Assembly: GCA_030679995.1 (NCBI GenBank)
Contig: JAUXSK010000015.1
Span: 3,607 to 67,606, forward strand
From: Candidatus Moraniibacteriota bacterium
GTDB taxonomy: Bacteria; Patescibacteriota; Minisyncoccia; Moranbacterales; UBA2206
Direction: 5' to 3'
DNA: 64,000 nt
Position 1 is the stretch's first letter. Each line of letters starts with the position of its first letter. Below the pieces are notes generated by a model. The model worked only from the letters and a program-made list of their open reading frames with translations, was not told the origin of the DNA and made no database searches. The translations under genes and the position numbers were made by a program. Of the stretch, positions 30,332 through 40,259 are shown one piece after another.

Positions 30332-31636
30332 ATGAACGTATTGTTAATATCCAAAGATTTTTCCGGAGCTGATCTGGCCTATCGTTTGCAAAAAGAGGGC
30401 AACCAGGTGAAGATTTTTATTGAAGAGGCGGAATATGCACATGCTTATGATGGGATGTTGGAAAAAATAGCCGACTGGAAAGCCGAGCTTGATTGGGTGG
30501 GGCGCGACGGCCTTATCGTGTTCGATTGCGTCGGATTCGGCCAAGTCCAGGATGACCTGCGGGCTGAAGGCTATTCGGTGATCGGTGGCAGCGCGATGGG
30601 CGACCGACTGGAGCATGATCGCCAATACGGACAAAAGATCCTCTCTCTTTCCGAGGTCAATATCATCCCGTCTACCAATTTCGGCAGTGTCGAGGAAGTG
30701 ATCGGGTTTGTCCAAAAAAACGAAGGACCTTGGGTCGTCAAGCAGAACGGCCATATCGACAAGACTTTCAATTATGTCGGACGCTTGAAAAGCGGGAGAG
30801 ATGTCGTTTCGATGCTCCGGAATTATAATGAAAACAATCGGGAGGAATGCGCCTCGATCGATTTGCAGAAAAAAGTCAAAGGGGTGGAGGTTGGCGTAGG
30901 ACGCTATTTCAATGGCTTGGACTGGGCTGGTCCGATCGAAATAAATTTCGAACATAAAGGTTTGTTCAATGGCAATCTTGGACCGAAAACGTTCGAGATG
31001 GGAACATTGATGTGGTATGATGATAATGAAGATAACAGGCTGTTCAAGGAAATCCTCGACAAGCTTAAACCAGCTCTCATCAAAGGAAATTTCCGGGGGG
31101 ATGTGGATGTCAATTGCATCATCAATGAGGAAGGCGCCCATCCATTGGAGCTGACGGCGCGTTTCGGCTTTCCAGCTTTGCAACTGCAAGACGAACTGCA
31201 CCGATCGCCTTGGGGGGAATTTTTGAAGGCTGTCGCTGACGGCCAGCCGTATGATTTGAAATACAAAAAAGAATATGGCATCGTGGCGCTGGTGGCGGTG
31301 CCGCCTTTCCCATATGAAGTGAACGTGCAAAAATATTCTTCGCAAGGTTTGGAAATCAATTTTAAGGAAACTTTCAATGCGGAAGATTTCCAGCATATCC
31401 ACTTCGAGGAGGTTTCCCGGAAAAAAGAAGACGGGCAGGATATTTATTATATTTCCGGCAAGACGGGATTCGTGCTTCACGTGACCGGTTCCGGAAAAAC
31501 GATCGAGGAGGCCCGCGACAAGACCTATGATTTGATCAATCAGATCGTCATCCCGAAAATGTTTTATCGGTCCGACATCGGTATGAAATTCGTCAAGAAG
31601 GACCGGGACTTTCTGAAAAAATTGGGCTGGTTGTAG
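30332..31636 (+). CDS. PurD-like ATP-grasp ligase (phosphoribosylamine--glycine ligase family, divergent)
   Basis: 434 aa; N-domain MNVLLI..., B-domain ...GPWVVKQNGH..., C-terminal ...MFYRSDIG (compare PurD CFCRKDIG); lacks the canonical KADGLAAGKGV loop. Confidence 0.55.
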   Translation: MNVLLISKDFSGADLAYRLQKEGNQVKIFIEEAEYAHAYDGMLEKIADWKAELDWVGRDGLIVFDCVGFGQVQDDLRAEGYSVIGGSAMGDRLEHDRQYGQKILSLSEVNIIPSTNFGSVEEVIGFVQKNEGPWVVKQNGHIDKTFNYVGRLKSGRDVVSMLRNYNENNREECASIDLQKKVKGVEVGVGRYFNGLDWAGPIEINFEHKGLFNGNLGPKTFEMGTLMWYDDNEDNRLFKEILDKLKPALIKGNFRGDVDVNCIINEEGAHPLELTARFGFPALQLQDELHRSPWGEFLKAVADGQPYDLKYKKEYGIVALVAVPPFPYEVNVQKYSSQGLEINFKETFNAEDFQHIHFEEVSRKKEDGQDIYYISGKTGFVLHVTGSGKTIEEARDKTYDLINQIVIPKMFYRSDIGMKFVKKDRDFLKKLGWL

Positions 31637-31857
31637 GACCCGTGCAAAACAAGACTGGATGTCAGTTTGACTATCTGGGGTGGTTTAATAAAATCAATCG
31701 TATGGAAAAGAAAGTCAATGAAATATGATACTACCAAAATAGACTGTCATTTCTGAGGATATGAATTTAAAATTTCCGGTGTCCGCGGATAAATCTAATT
31801 TATGCGGGCGGAAGCGTAAGAATAAAACGCTTGGTTACGGCGGTAAAAATTTAATTT

Positions 31858-32961
31858 ATGAAAATCGCACTGGTTCATGATTATCTGGTCCAAGTCGGAG
31901 GGGCGGAAAAGGTTCTGGAATGTTTCACGGAGGTTTTTCCGGACGCTCCGATCCACACCTTGGTCTATGACAAAAAACTGATGCACGGTTTTTTCGAAGG
32001 CAAGGACATCCGGACGTCTTTTTTGCAGAACATCCCATTTTCCCGGAAGAAGCACCGGGTCTTTCCGCAGTTTATGCCGATGGCCATCGAGCAGTTCGAT
32101 TTTTCCGGCTATGATGTCGTCCTGTCGGATTCCTCCAGTTTTGCCAAAGGTATCATCACCGGGCCGGAAACGCTGCATATCTGCTATATACATACCCCGA
32201 TGCGGTTCGCTTGGGATGATTGCCAGAAATATACCGAGGATTTCTATTTTCCTTCGATTATAAAAAGGTTCATACCCTTAGTGATGAACTATGTCCGGAT
32301 TTGGGACCGCGTCAGTGCCGATCGGCCGGATAAGATCATCGCTAATTCGAAATTCATCGCACGCAGGATAAAAAAATATTATAAAAGGGATTCCATCGTG
32401 CTTAATCCGCCGATCGATATCGCGCGGTTCTATGCCAGCGAAAATCATGGGGACTATTTCCTGTTGGTCGGCCGGTTTATGGCATACAAAAAATTAGATC
32501 TCGTGGTCCAGGCTTTCAACCGGACGGGTTTGCAATTGAAAATAATCGGCCGGGGACCGGAATACCAGAAATTGAAAGAGATGGCGAAAGGCAATATCGA
32601 ATTTCTAGGACGCGTTTCGGACGAGGAATTACCAGGATATTATGCGAGATGCCGGGCGTTCATTTTTCCACAGGAAGAGGACTTCGGCATAGTGGCTATT
32701 GAGGCGATGGCTTCGGGCCGTCCGATAATCGCTTTCCGCGGTGGCGATATCCCGGAACACATAGAAGAGGGGAAAACAGGCCTGTTTTTTGAAGAACAGA
32801 CCGCGCAAGCCATTATTGAAGCGGTCGGGAAATTCAATGATGCCGACTATGACCCGGCCTATATCCGCGGGCAGGCCGAGAAATTTGACAAAAGCCTATT
32901 TAAGGCTAGAATAAAGGAATATATCGATGGTGAATACAAGAAGTTCAAGGAATCAAATTGA
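31858..32961 (+). CDS. glycosyltransferase family 4 (GT-B, retaining)
   Basis: 367 aa; C-terminal E-x7-E motif region EDFGIVAIEAMASGRPIIA. Confidence 0.85.
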   Translation: MKIALVHDYLVQVGGAEKVLECFTEVFPDAPIHTLVYDKKLMHGFFEGKDIRTSFLQNIPFSRKKHRVFPQFMPMAIEQFDFSGYDVVLSDSSSFAKGIITGPETLHICYIHTPMRFAWDDCQKYTEDFYFPSIIKRFIPLVMNYVRIWDRVSADRPDKIIANSKFIARRIKKYYKRDSIVLNPPIDIARFYASENHGDYFLLVGRFMAYKKLDLVVQAFNRTGLQLKIIGRGPEYQKLKEMAKGNIEFLGRVSDEELPGYYARCRAFIFPQEEDFGIVAIEAMASGRPIIAFRGGDIPEHIEEGKTGLFFEEQTAQAIIEAVGKFNDADYDPAYIRGQAEKFDKSLFKARIKEYIDGEYKKFKESN

Positions 32962-33000
32962 GATCTATGTGATTTATGCCAATGTCGGAGATTATTAATA

Positions 33001-33130
33001 AAAATTCAAAATCCAAAATTTCAAATCCCAAATAAATTCAAAAATATTAATTTTTAAAATTCAAAACCGTTTTTTTTATTTTATATTTTGATCATTGCGA
33101 TTTATTTGTAATTTAGAATTTAGAATTTAA
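33001..33130. repeat. intergenic AT-rich element with terminal inverted repeats, copy B (5' of Wzz-like gene); begins with 5 tandem AAAATYC heptamers
   Basis: aaaattc aaaatcc aaaattt caaatcc caaataa...; core aaaattcaaaaccgttttttttatttt; 3' box atttgtaatttagaatttagaatttaaa; ends 5 nt before the ATG. Confidence 0.55.
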
Positions 33131-33135
33131 ACGAT

Positions 33136-33741
33136 ATGGAACTAAAAGGATATTTCAAAATCTTCAGGGAGAATATCAAATTGTTTTCAGGCGTGATTAT
33201 CATAATCGTGCTGGGCAGTTTCGTGTATTTCGCTTTGCGTCCAGTTTCATATTCGGCTTCGCTGGCTCTTAATATTACTCGCGGTGGAATCCAGCAGACC
33301 GGTGATTATCGCTATGATGATTTCTATCGCTTGCAGGCCGACGAAAAATTCGCCGAAACTGTCGTGGAATGGCTGAAAAATCCGCGGACCGTGGTGGATA
33401 TCTATGGAAAAGCCGGGATTGGCACGGATAGTTTCAGTATGCGCCAGCTGACTAAAAGTTTTACGGCGGAGAAACTTTCCGCGCAAATTGTAGCAGTTTC
33501 TTTTTCCGCGAAAGATGGAAAATCGGCGGAGAAAATTTCCGCGGCAATACCGGAAACCATTACGAAAAACATCAGACTGTTGAATAAGAAACAAGATGAT
33601 GGCACTTGGTTTGAAATCGTGACGCAAGACCCGGTCATCATCCAGGATCGGATCGGCGCGTTGGTTATCCTCTTGGCATCAGCGGCTCTGGGGATTTTCG
33701 TGGGATTTTGGGCGGTAATGTTGAAGCACTATTTGGAATAA
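33136..33741 (+). CDS. Wzz-like polysaccharide chain-length determinant / polysaccharide biosynthesis membrane protein
   Basis: 201 aa; TM at both termini flanking a periplasmic domain, the N-terminal region typical of the Wzz family. Confidence 0.55.
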   Translation: MELKGYFKIFRENIKLFSGVIIIIVLGSFVYFALRPVSYSASLALNITRGGIQQTGDYRYDDFYRLQADEKFAETVVEWLKNPRTVVDIYGKAGIGTDSFSMRQLTKSFTAEKLSAQIVAVSFSAKDGKSAEKISAAIPETITKNIRLLNKKQDDGTWFEIVTQDPVIIQDRIGALVILLASAALGIFVGFWAVMLKHYLE

Positions 33742-33775
33742 AAACCGGACGATATTTATCTTTAACGGCGGGCTT

Positions 33776-34939
33776 ATGCGGATTGGAATCGATGTTCGAT
33801 GTTTGACTCAAGGAAGGAATACTGGGGTGGAGGAATATACCTTCAATCTTTTGACTAACCTGTTCAGGCTTGATACGCGCAATGAATATGTGCTTTTTTT
33901 CAATTCATTCAGATCCGAGGCGATTGATTTTTCCTGGCTCAAAGAATTCCCAAATGTCAGTCTGAAGAGATTCGCTTGGCCGAACAAGCTTTTGAATTTC
34001 CTGTTCTGGTACCTGGATTGGCCGAAGATAGATAAGATGATCGGCGGGGCAGACGTTTTTTTTATGCCTAATATCATCTTCGGCAGCGTTAGCCGGAAAA
34101 CTAAATTAATTTTGACTATCCATGACCTGTCTTTCGCCAGATATCCTGAAACTTTTTCCTGGAAAAGAAGGCTGTGGCATGTTTTTATAAATCCACAAAA
34201 AATGTGCCGGCGGGCCGATAGGATTATTGCGGTTTCCGATTCTTCGGCGCAAGACGTCGCGAAGCTGTTCCGGGTCAAGCAAGAAAAGATCCGGATGATC
34301 CACAGCGGACTTTCCGATAAATTCAAAGTCCTCGACCGTAATAACGGCGAGTTGGTCCGCGTCAAGGAAAAATACGGCTTGCCCTACAAGTTCATCCTTT
34401 TCCTGGGAACGATCGAACCGAGAAAGAATATCACGGCTATCATCGCGGCCTACAATCAATTGCAAAAAGACGCAACGGACACTAACCAGGAAGAAATCGC
34501 GAAACATAGATTGGTCATCGCGGGGTCTGACGGCTGGTTGAGCGGGGACATATTCGCCGAAATTAAAGCTTCTAAATATCGGGACAAAATAATTGTCGCA
34601 AAATTCATCAGTGAAGAGGATAAGGAGTTCGTGATAAACCTGGCTTCGCTCTTTGTCTATCCGTCGGTTTTCGAGGGTTTCGGTTTTCCGCCACTTGAAG
34701 CGATGGCTTGCGGGGTGCCAGTCGTCACATCGAACAATTCTTCTTTGTCGGAGATTATCGGTAATGGGGGGATAATGGTCGATCCGCACAAACCGGACGA
34801 ATTATGCCGGGCGATGAAGGAAATAATAACGGACAATGGATTGCGCGACAGTCTTGTTGGCAAAGGCCTTGCTCGGGCCAGGAATTTTAACTGGTTGAAA
34901 ACCACCGAGGAGTTCTTAAAGATGATCTATAAACTTTAA
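33776..34939 (+). CDS. glycosyltransferase family 4
   Basis: 387 aa; GT-B fold, FEGFGFPPLEAMACGVPVV. Confidence 0.85.
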   Translation: MRIGIDVRCLTQGRNTGVEEYTFNLLTNLFRLDTRNEYVLFFNSFRSEAIDFSWLKEFPNVSLKRFAWPNKLLNFLFWYLDWPKIDKMIGGADVFFMPNIIFGSVSRKTKLILTIHDLSFARYPETFSWKRRLWHVFINPQKMCRRADRIIAVSDSSAQDVAKLFRVKQEKIRMIHSGLSDKFKVLDRNNGELVRVKEKYGLPYKFILFLGTIEPRKNITAIIAAYNQLQKDATDTNQEEIAKHRLVIAGSDGWLSGDIFAEIKASKYRDKIIVAKFISEEDKEFVINLASLFVYPSVFEGFGFPPLEAMACGVPVVTSNNSSLSEIIGNGGIMVDPHKPDELCRAMKEIITDNGLRDSLVGKGLARARNFNWLKTTEEFLKMIYKL

Positions 34940-35018
34940 ATGCCGGTATAGGCTGGAACCATAGGCTTTGGTTTTCGCGCGCATAGTCCCAAGCCGCTTT
35001 TAGTGGTATAATTGGACT

Positions 35019-36143
35019 ATGAAAATCGGAATTGACGCGCGTTTTTTTGGCATAAGACAAAAGGGCTTGGGGCGTTATACCCAGAAGCTGGTAGAGAATT
35101 TGGAAAAAATCGATCAGACCAATGAATACTTGATTTTCCTCCAAAAGGAAAATTTCGAGGAATACCAACCGAAAAATCCGAACTTTAAAAAAGTTTTAGC
35201 GGATTACCGGTGGTATACATTCAGGGAACAATTGTTTTTCCCGTTGATGGTCCGCAGATACAAGATTGATCTGATGCATTTCCCCCATTTCAACGTTCCT
35301 TTGCTATATTCCAAAAGATTCATCGTGACTATCCACGACCTGACGCTGGTGCATTTTCCCACTGTCAAAAATAGCACGCTACACCCGGTTTTTTATTGGG
35401 TGAAGTTTTTCGCGTATTTGATAGTCATCCGGTCGGCGATAACGCGGGCGGAAAGCATCATCGCCATTTCGCAATTCACCAAGGATGATGTCGTGAAAAA
35501 ATATGGCCCGGCCGTCGGGGAAAAAATAACCGTGACTTATGAAGCATGCGAGGATTTCTGTATGTTCAGCCGGAGAAACGGCCAGGAAATTTTGCAAAAA
35601 TATGGTATAATGAAGCCGTATCTGGTTTATGTCGGCAATGCGTATCCGCATAAGAATCTGGACAGGCTAGTGCTGGCTTTTGTCCGGGCGTTCGGAGAAA
35701 AAAAGGATTTCCAACTGGTATTGGTGGGCAAGGATGACTATTTTTACGGGCAGTTGCGGAAATCAGTCCAGAAACAACGGACGGAGGATATCGTTTTCCT
35801 TTCGGATGTCTCGGACTATGAATTGGATGTCTTGTTTCATCGTTCGGTTGCCAATGTTTTTCCGTCTTTATATGAAGGGTTTGGCTTGCCGCCGCTCGAG
35901 GCTATGTCCAAAGGCGTGCCGGTCATATCCTCAGACCATCCTTGTATGCGGGAAGTCTTGGGCGAAAGCGCGTATTTTTTTGACGGTAAAGATGTCGGGG
36001 CGATGGCTGAAGCGATGAAAAAAATCGTCAGCGATGCGGGATTGCGGGATGAATTGATCAGGAGGGGCTATAACCAGACTAAGAAATACAGCTGGAAAAA
36101 AATGGCTGAGGAAACTTTAGCAATATACTCGAACAAAGATTGA
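35019..36143 (+). CDS. glycosyltransferase family 4
   Basis: 374 aa; YEGFGLPPLEAMSKGVPVI. Confidence 0.85.
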   Translation: MKIGIDARFFGIRQKGLGRYTQKLVENLEKIDQTNEYLIFLQKENFEEYQPKNPNFKKVLADYRWYTFREQLFFPLMVRRYKIDLMHFPHFNVPLLYSKRFIVTIHDLTLVHFPTVKNSTLHPVFYWVKFFAYLIVIRSAITRAESIIAISQFTKDDVVKKYGPAVGEKITVTYEACEDFCMFSRRNGQEILQKYGIMKPYLVYVGNAYPHKNLDRLVLAFVRAFGEKKDFQLVLVGKDDYFYGQLRKSVQKQRTEDIVFLSDVSDYELDVLFHRSVANVFPSLYEGFGLPPLEAMSKGVPVISSDHPCMREVLGESAYFFDGKDVGAMAEAMKKIVSDAGLRDELIRRGYNQTKKYSWKKMAEETLAIYSNKD

Positions 36144-38560
36144 TGGAAAACAAAAATAACGCCTGTCCCTGGATGGGCAGAAATAAAATAAATCTCCGGA
36201 TGTCGGATGTCCGGCCGGCCAATCAAGACGGTGGATCGCCGATGGGGGGGATCGGAAGGACATCAGGATCCGGTCCGCAATCACGAGAGTATCGGGATGG
36301 CGTCGTTAGGCGGACGAGTTTCGGAGATATCCGGCGTCCTGGGGGCGCTATATCGCGGCCGGCGCCGGTTTGGCAGGAAAAAAACGGATTGTTGGGATAT
36401 CCTGTTGTTTCGAATGATTCCGTAAGGATAAAAATAGAAAAAAAAATAGAGCCGCGTTTTTTAGCGGATAAAGCAGTCAAGCCTAATCAGACTTACACTG
36501 ATTATGCTGATGAAGTGGAAGATATGCCGGCCAAGCGGATGGTATTTTCCGACGCGGAAGATCTGAAGGATATCCCGAGCCGGCGATATAAAAAAATATT
36601 TTTTTCTTTCGCGGGAGTGGCAGCGTCCATATTCCTGGTAATCGCAGGCACGGGCTTTTTCAATAAGGGCATGGGGGTCAAGAATGATGTTATGGGAATC
36701 GGACAGGATGCGTATACGGACTTGGCTATGGCCAGGGATGGCATCGCCGGGCGTGACTTCCAAAAATCTTCCTTCGAATTCGGTGAGGCCTATGATAAGT
36801 TCGGGGAAATATCCCAGGACATAAACAGTCTGGGCGGAATCCTGGTTGAGACTTCCCGGTTTATTCCGTTTTTTTCAAAAATTTCCTCCGGCGATCATAT
36901 CGCTCAGGTCGGAAAAGACGTTTCCCGGATTGGAATCTTGGCCAGCGGAATTATGCAGTCGTTGGACGCGATCAAGAATCCATTGAATGGTGACGCTGAT
37001 CCGTCCGTGTCTTTTTTGCGGATATTCCAGGATACGGATAATAATCTGAAAGAAATTTCCATTTTAATGCAGGACGTTCAGGATAATCTGGACAAAGTAA
37101 ATATCGATGATATTCCTGAAGATCGAAGGGTGCAATTTTTAGAATTGAAAAGCCAGTTGCCGGAAACGAACCGCTTCCTGACGGAATTTATCAGCAATAG
37201 CCAGATTTTTACGGATGTGCTGGGCGGCAACGGGATGCGCAAATATCTGTTTCTTTTTCAAAACAACCAGGAAATGCGTGCTACAGGAGGGTTTATCGGC
37301 ACTTATGGCGTGCTGGATATTTTCAATGGAAATGTGAGGAATTTTTTTATCGACGGAATATATAATCCGGACGGACAGCTGCGGGAAAAAGTCATTCCGC
37401 CGGTGCCGATTCAAAAAATTTCGGCGGCTTGGAGTTTACATGACAGCAATTGGTTTCCGGATTTTCCTAAGTCGGCTGAGAAGGCCGCCTGGTTCTATGA
37501 GAAGACCGGCGGACCGACCGTAGATGGCGTAATTACGATGACGCCGACCGTGATGCAAAAGATGTTGGAAATTACCGGGCCTATCGAATTGCCGGAATAC
37601 GGCGTAACGGTGGATAAGGATAATTTCGTAGAAAAAATCCAATACGAAGTGGAGGTGGACTATGACAAGGAACTGAATAAACCCAAACAGATTTTGGCTG
37701 ATTTGGCGCCGAAGATTTTGGATAAGCTTTTCAATGCTCGGAATTTTTCCGATATCGTCCGGACTATGAGCGTATTGTCGGAGAGTTTGGATGAAAAGCA
37801 GATTTTGATTTATTCCAAAAATTCTGAAATTGAAAAAGTATTGTCCGAACAGGGCTGGTCGGGGGAGATATTGGATACGCAGAAAGATTATGTGAGCGTG
37901 GTCAATACGAATATCAACGGATACAAAACGGACGGGGTGGTCGATGAAAAAATCGAGCATCGGGCGGAAATCCAATCGGACGGATCAGTAGTTGACACCT
38001 TGATCATAACTCGCCATCATAACGGAGGCAGTTTGGATCATGACTGGTGGAACAAAGTCAATGCGGATTATATGCGGGTCTATGTCCCGAAAGGTTCCAT
38101 TTTGCTTTCGGCCGAGGGACAAACGCGCGAATATAATACGCCGCCTTTGGATTACCATGCTTTGGCTTTCAAACAAGATGCCCAGGTGCGGATGGAGGAG
38201 GATTCGCTGGAAATCGATGAAGAAAGCGGAACTAAAATCTATGAAGATTCAGGCAAGACCGTTTTTGCTAATTGGGTTTATGTCAGTCCGCAAGAGACGG
38301 TGGTCATAAAATACAAATATCTGTTGCCGTTCAAACTCGGTATGGATGGCAAAGGCAAGCCGGCGGATGCGTATTCGCTTTTGGCCCAAAAACAAGCCGG
38401 TAGCTTGGGTAGCGCTTTCACGGCGGAAATCGCCTATCCGGATAACTACAAGATGGTTTGGAATTATCCGGAAAAAGTTAGACGGGAAAATAATAATATA
38501 AAAATCGAATCCGACCTCAAAACGGATAAATTCGTAGGCGCGGCTTTCACGCAAAGATAA
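36140..38560 (+). CDS. large membrane-anchored exported protein, DUF4012-like (glycan-cluster associated)
   Basis: 806 aa; low-complexity Gly/Arg-rich N-terminus, single TM (about aa 165-185), large extracytoplasmic domain with NNQEMRATGGFIGTYG motif recalled from DUF4012; start uncertain (alternative Met at 36527). Confidence 0.5.
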   Translation: MMENKNNACPWMGRNKINLRMSDVRPANQDGGSPMGGIGRTSGSGPQSREYRDGVVRRTSFGDIRRPGGAISRPAPVWQEKNGLLGYPVVSNDSVRIKIEKKIEPRFLADKAVKPNQTYTDYADEVEDMPAKRMVFSDAEDLKDIPSRRYKKIFFSFAGVAASIFLVIAGTGFFNKGMGVKNDVMGIGQDAYTDLAMARDGIAGRDFQKSSFEFGEAYDKFGEISQDINSLGGILVETSRFIPFFSKISSGDHIAQVGKDVSRIGILASGIMQSLDAIKNPLNGDADPSVSFLRIFQDTDNNLKEISILMQDVQDNLDKVNIDDIPEDRRVQFLELKSQLPETNRFLTEFISNSQIFTDVLGGNGMRKYLFLFQNNQEMRATGGFIGTYGVLDIFNGNVRNFFIDGIYNPDGQLREKVIPPVPIQKISAAWSLHDSNWFPDFPKSAEKAAWFYEKTGGPTVDGVITMTPTVMQKMLEITGPIELPEYGVTVDKDNFVEKIQYEVEVDYDKELNKPKQILADLAPKILDKLFNARNFSDIVRTMSVLSESLDEKQILIYSKNSEIEKVLSEQGWSGEILDTQKDYVSVVNTNINGYKTDGVVDEKIEHRAEIQSDGSVVDTLIITRHHNGGSLDHDWWNKVNADYMRVYVPKGSILLSAEGQTREYNTPPLDYHALAFKQDAQVRMEEDSLEIDEESGTKIYEDSGKTVFANWVYVSPQETVVIKYKYLLPFKLGMDGKGKPADAYSLLAQKQAGSLGSAFTAEIAYPDNYKMVWNYPEKVRRENNNIKIESDLKTDKFVGAAFTQR

Positions 38561-38564
38561 ATTT

Positions 38565-40214
38565 ATGATGGATAAAATTTTCAAAAATAATTTCATATTG
38601 AAGTCCCGACCGACCGAATCGGTCATTTCAGCGGCTTTCGTAATCACGGTCGCGGGCCTTCTGAGTAATCTGCTCGGGCTTGTGCGTGATCGTCTGTTAG
38701 CTTCGACGTTCGGAGCGGGTGACGTGCTGGATGTTTATTATGCGGCCTTCCGGATTCCTGACCTGATTTACAGCCTGCTCATCCTAGGTTCGATGAGCGC
38801 CGCTTTCATCCCGGTTTTTACCGGATTGCGAAGCAAAGAGGGAGACAACGATGAAGCTTGGCGGATGACTAATGGAATTATGAACTTGTCATTGTTCCTA
38901 ATCATCATTATCTCGCTGGTCTGCGCGATTGCCGCGCCGTTTTTGATGCGAATCATCACCCCGGGCTTTTCTCCGGAAAAAATGGAAAGCGCGGTCCTGT
39001 TCACCCGAATAATGTTTTTGAGTCCGGTTTTTTTGGGCATCAGCGGGATTATGGGCGGTGTCCTGACTTCGATGAAGCATTTTCTGATCTATTCGATCGC
39101 GCCGCTTCTGTATAATATCGGCATCATTCTTGGCATCACTATATTTGTCAGATTGATGGGGCCGATCGGATTGGCGTGGGGGGTGGTTTTCGGGGCGCTG
39201 ATGCATATGGTCCTGCAATACACGACGGTGCGGAAATTGGGCTATGTCCACCAGTGGGGATTGGCGGCGGCCTGGCAAAACCGGAATGTGCGCAAGGTTT
39301 TCTCGCTGATGCTGCCGCGGATGACCGGCATCGCGATCAATCAATTCAATCTGATGGTGATCACGGTGTTCGCTTCCACTTTGGCGGCCGGCAGTCTGGC
39401 GGTGTTCAGTTTTTCCCAGAATCTGGCTAGCGTGCCACTGAGCGTGTTTGGAATATCTTTCGCTATCGCAGTCTTTCCTGTCCTGTCGACATATGCCGCG
39501 CGCGACGAGAAGGAAAATTTCGTAAAGGCTTTTTCGGAAACTTTCCGCCAGATAATGTTCTTCGTCATCCCACTCAGCGTGTTTATGGTCGTCCTGCGGG
39601 CGCAGATCGTGCGGGTCGTTTTGGGAGCCGGTAAATTCGATTGGAACGATACGATCCTGACTTTCCAATGTTTGGGAATCTTGGCGCTCAGCTTGTTCGC
39701 GCAAAGCGCGGTGCAACTTCTGGCCCGTTCATTCTATGCCTTACAAGACACCAAAACCCCTTTCTATATCGCTATCGCCACGGAAGCCGTAAACATCCTG
39801 GCAGTCATAATGCTTATCGGCCGCATCCAGATCATCGGCTTGGCGATCGCGTTCTCTTTGGCTAACGTGGTGCAGATGATGCTGTTACTTTTTTTCTTAC
39901 GGGCGCGCTTCGACAATCTGGATGACCGTAACATCATCTTGTCGGTATCGAAAATCGCTTTCGCTTCCTTCGTGGCCGGTCTCGGGATACAAGTCGCGAA
40001 ATACGCGATTGCTTCAGTGGTCGATTTGGATACGTTTTTGGGAGTTTTCATTCAATTGACCGTTCCGCTGGCTCTGGGATTTTTGATTTTTATTGGCATC
40101 AGTTATTTCTTGAAACTGGAGGAATTCATCTTGTTCAAGAATTCGCTCACCCGGAAAATATTCAAAGGCAATAAGGTGATTCTGGAAAGTACGGATGAAG
40201 TGAGCCGGATGTGA
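38565..40214 (+). CDS. murJ: lipid II flippase MurJ (MviN)
   Basis: 549 aa; 14 TM, MurJ N-terminal signature ...LSNLLGLVRDRLLASTFGAGDVLDVYYAAFRIPDLIYSLL... Confidence 0.85.
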   Translation: MMDKIFKNNFILKSRPTESVISAAFVITVAGLLSNLLGLVRDRLLASTFGAGDVLDVYYAAFRIPDLIYSLLILGSMSAAFIPVFTGLRSKEGDNDEAWRMTNGIMNLSLFLIIIISLVCAIAAPFLMRIITPGFSPEKMESAVLFTRIMFLSPVFLGISGIMGGVLTSMKHFLIYSIAPLLYNIGIILGITIFVRLMGPIGLAWGVVFGALMHMVLQYTTVRKLGYVHQWGLAAAWQNRNVRKVFSLMLPRMTGIAINQFNLMVITVFASTLAAGSLAVFSFSQNLASVPLSVFGISFAIAVFPVLSTYAARDEKENFVKAFSETFRQIMFFVIPLSVFMVVLRAQIVRVVLGAGKFDWNDTILTFQCLGILALSLFAQSAVQLLARSFYALQDTKTPFYIAIATEAVNILAVIMLIGRIQIIGLAIAFSLANVVQMMLLLFFLRARFDNLDDRNIILSVSKIAFASFVAGLGIQVAKYAIASVVDLDTFLGVFIQLTVPLALGFLIFIGISYFLKLEEFILFKNSLTRKIFKGNKVILESTDEVSRM

Positions 40215-40259
40215 CCGATTCTTGATTATTCTCCGGTTCTAGGCTAAGATGGATATTAT

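Noticed and set aside
31637-31857. 220-nt intergenic region upstream of the first GT4 gene as a possible ncRNA or small ORF (MNLKFPVSADKSNLCGRKRKNKTLGYGGKNLIYENRTGS)
   Set aside because: No recognisable RNA family motifs and no conserved peptide features. It contains a plausible TTGACT-17-TAATAA promoter, so it is most simply the promoter and leader of the glycosyltransferase operon.
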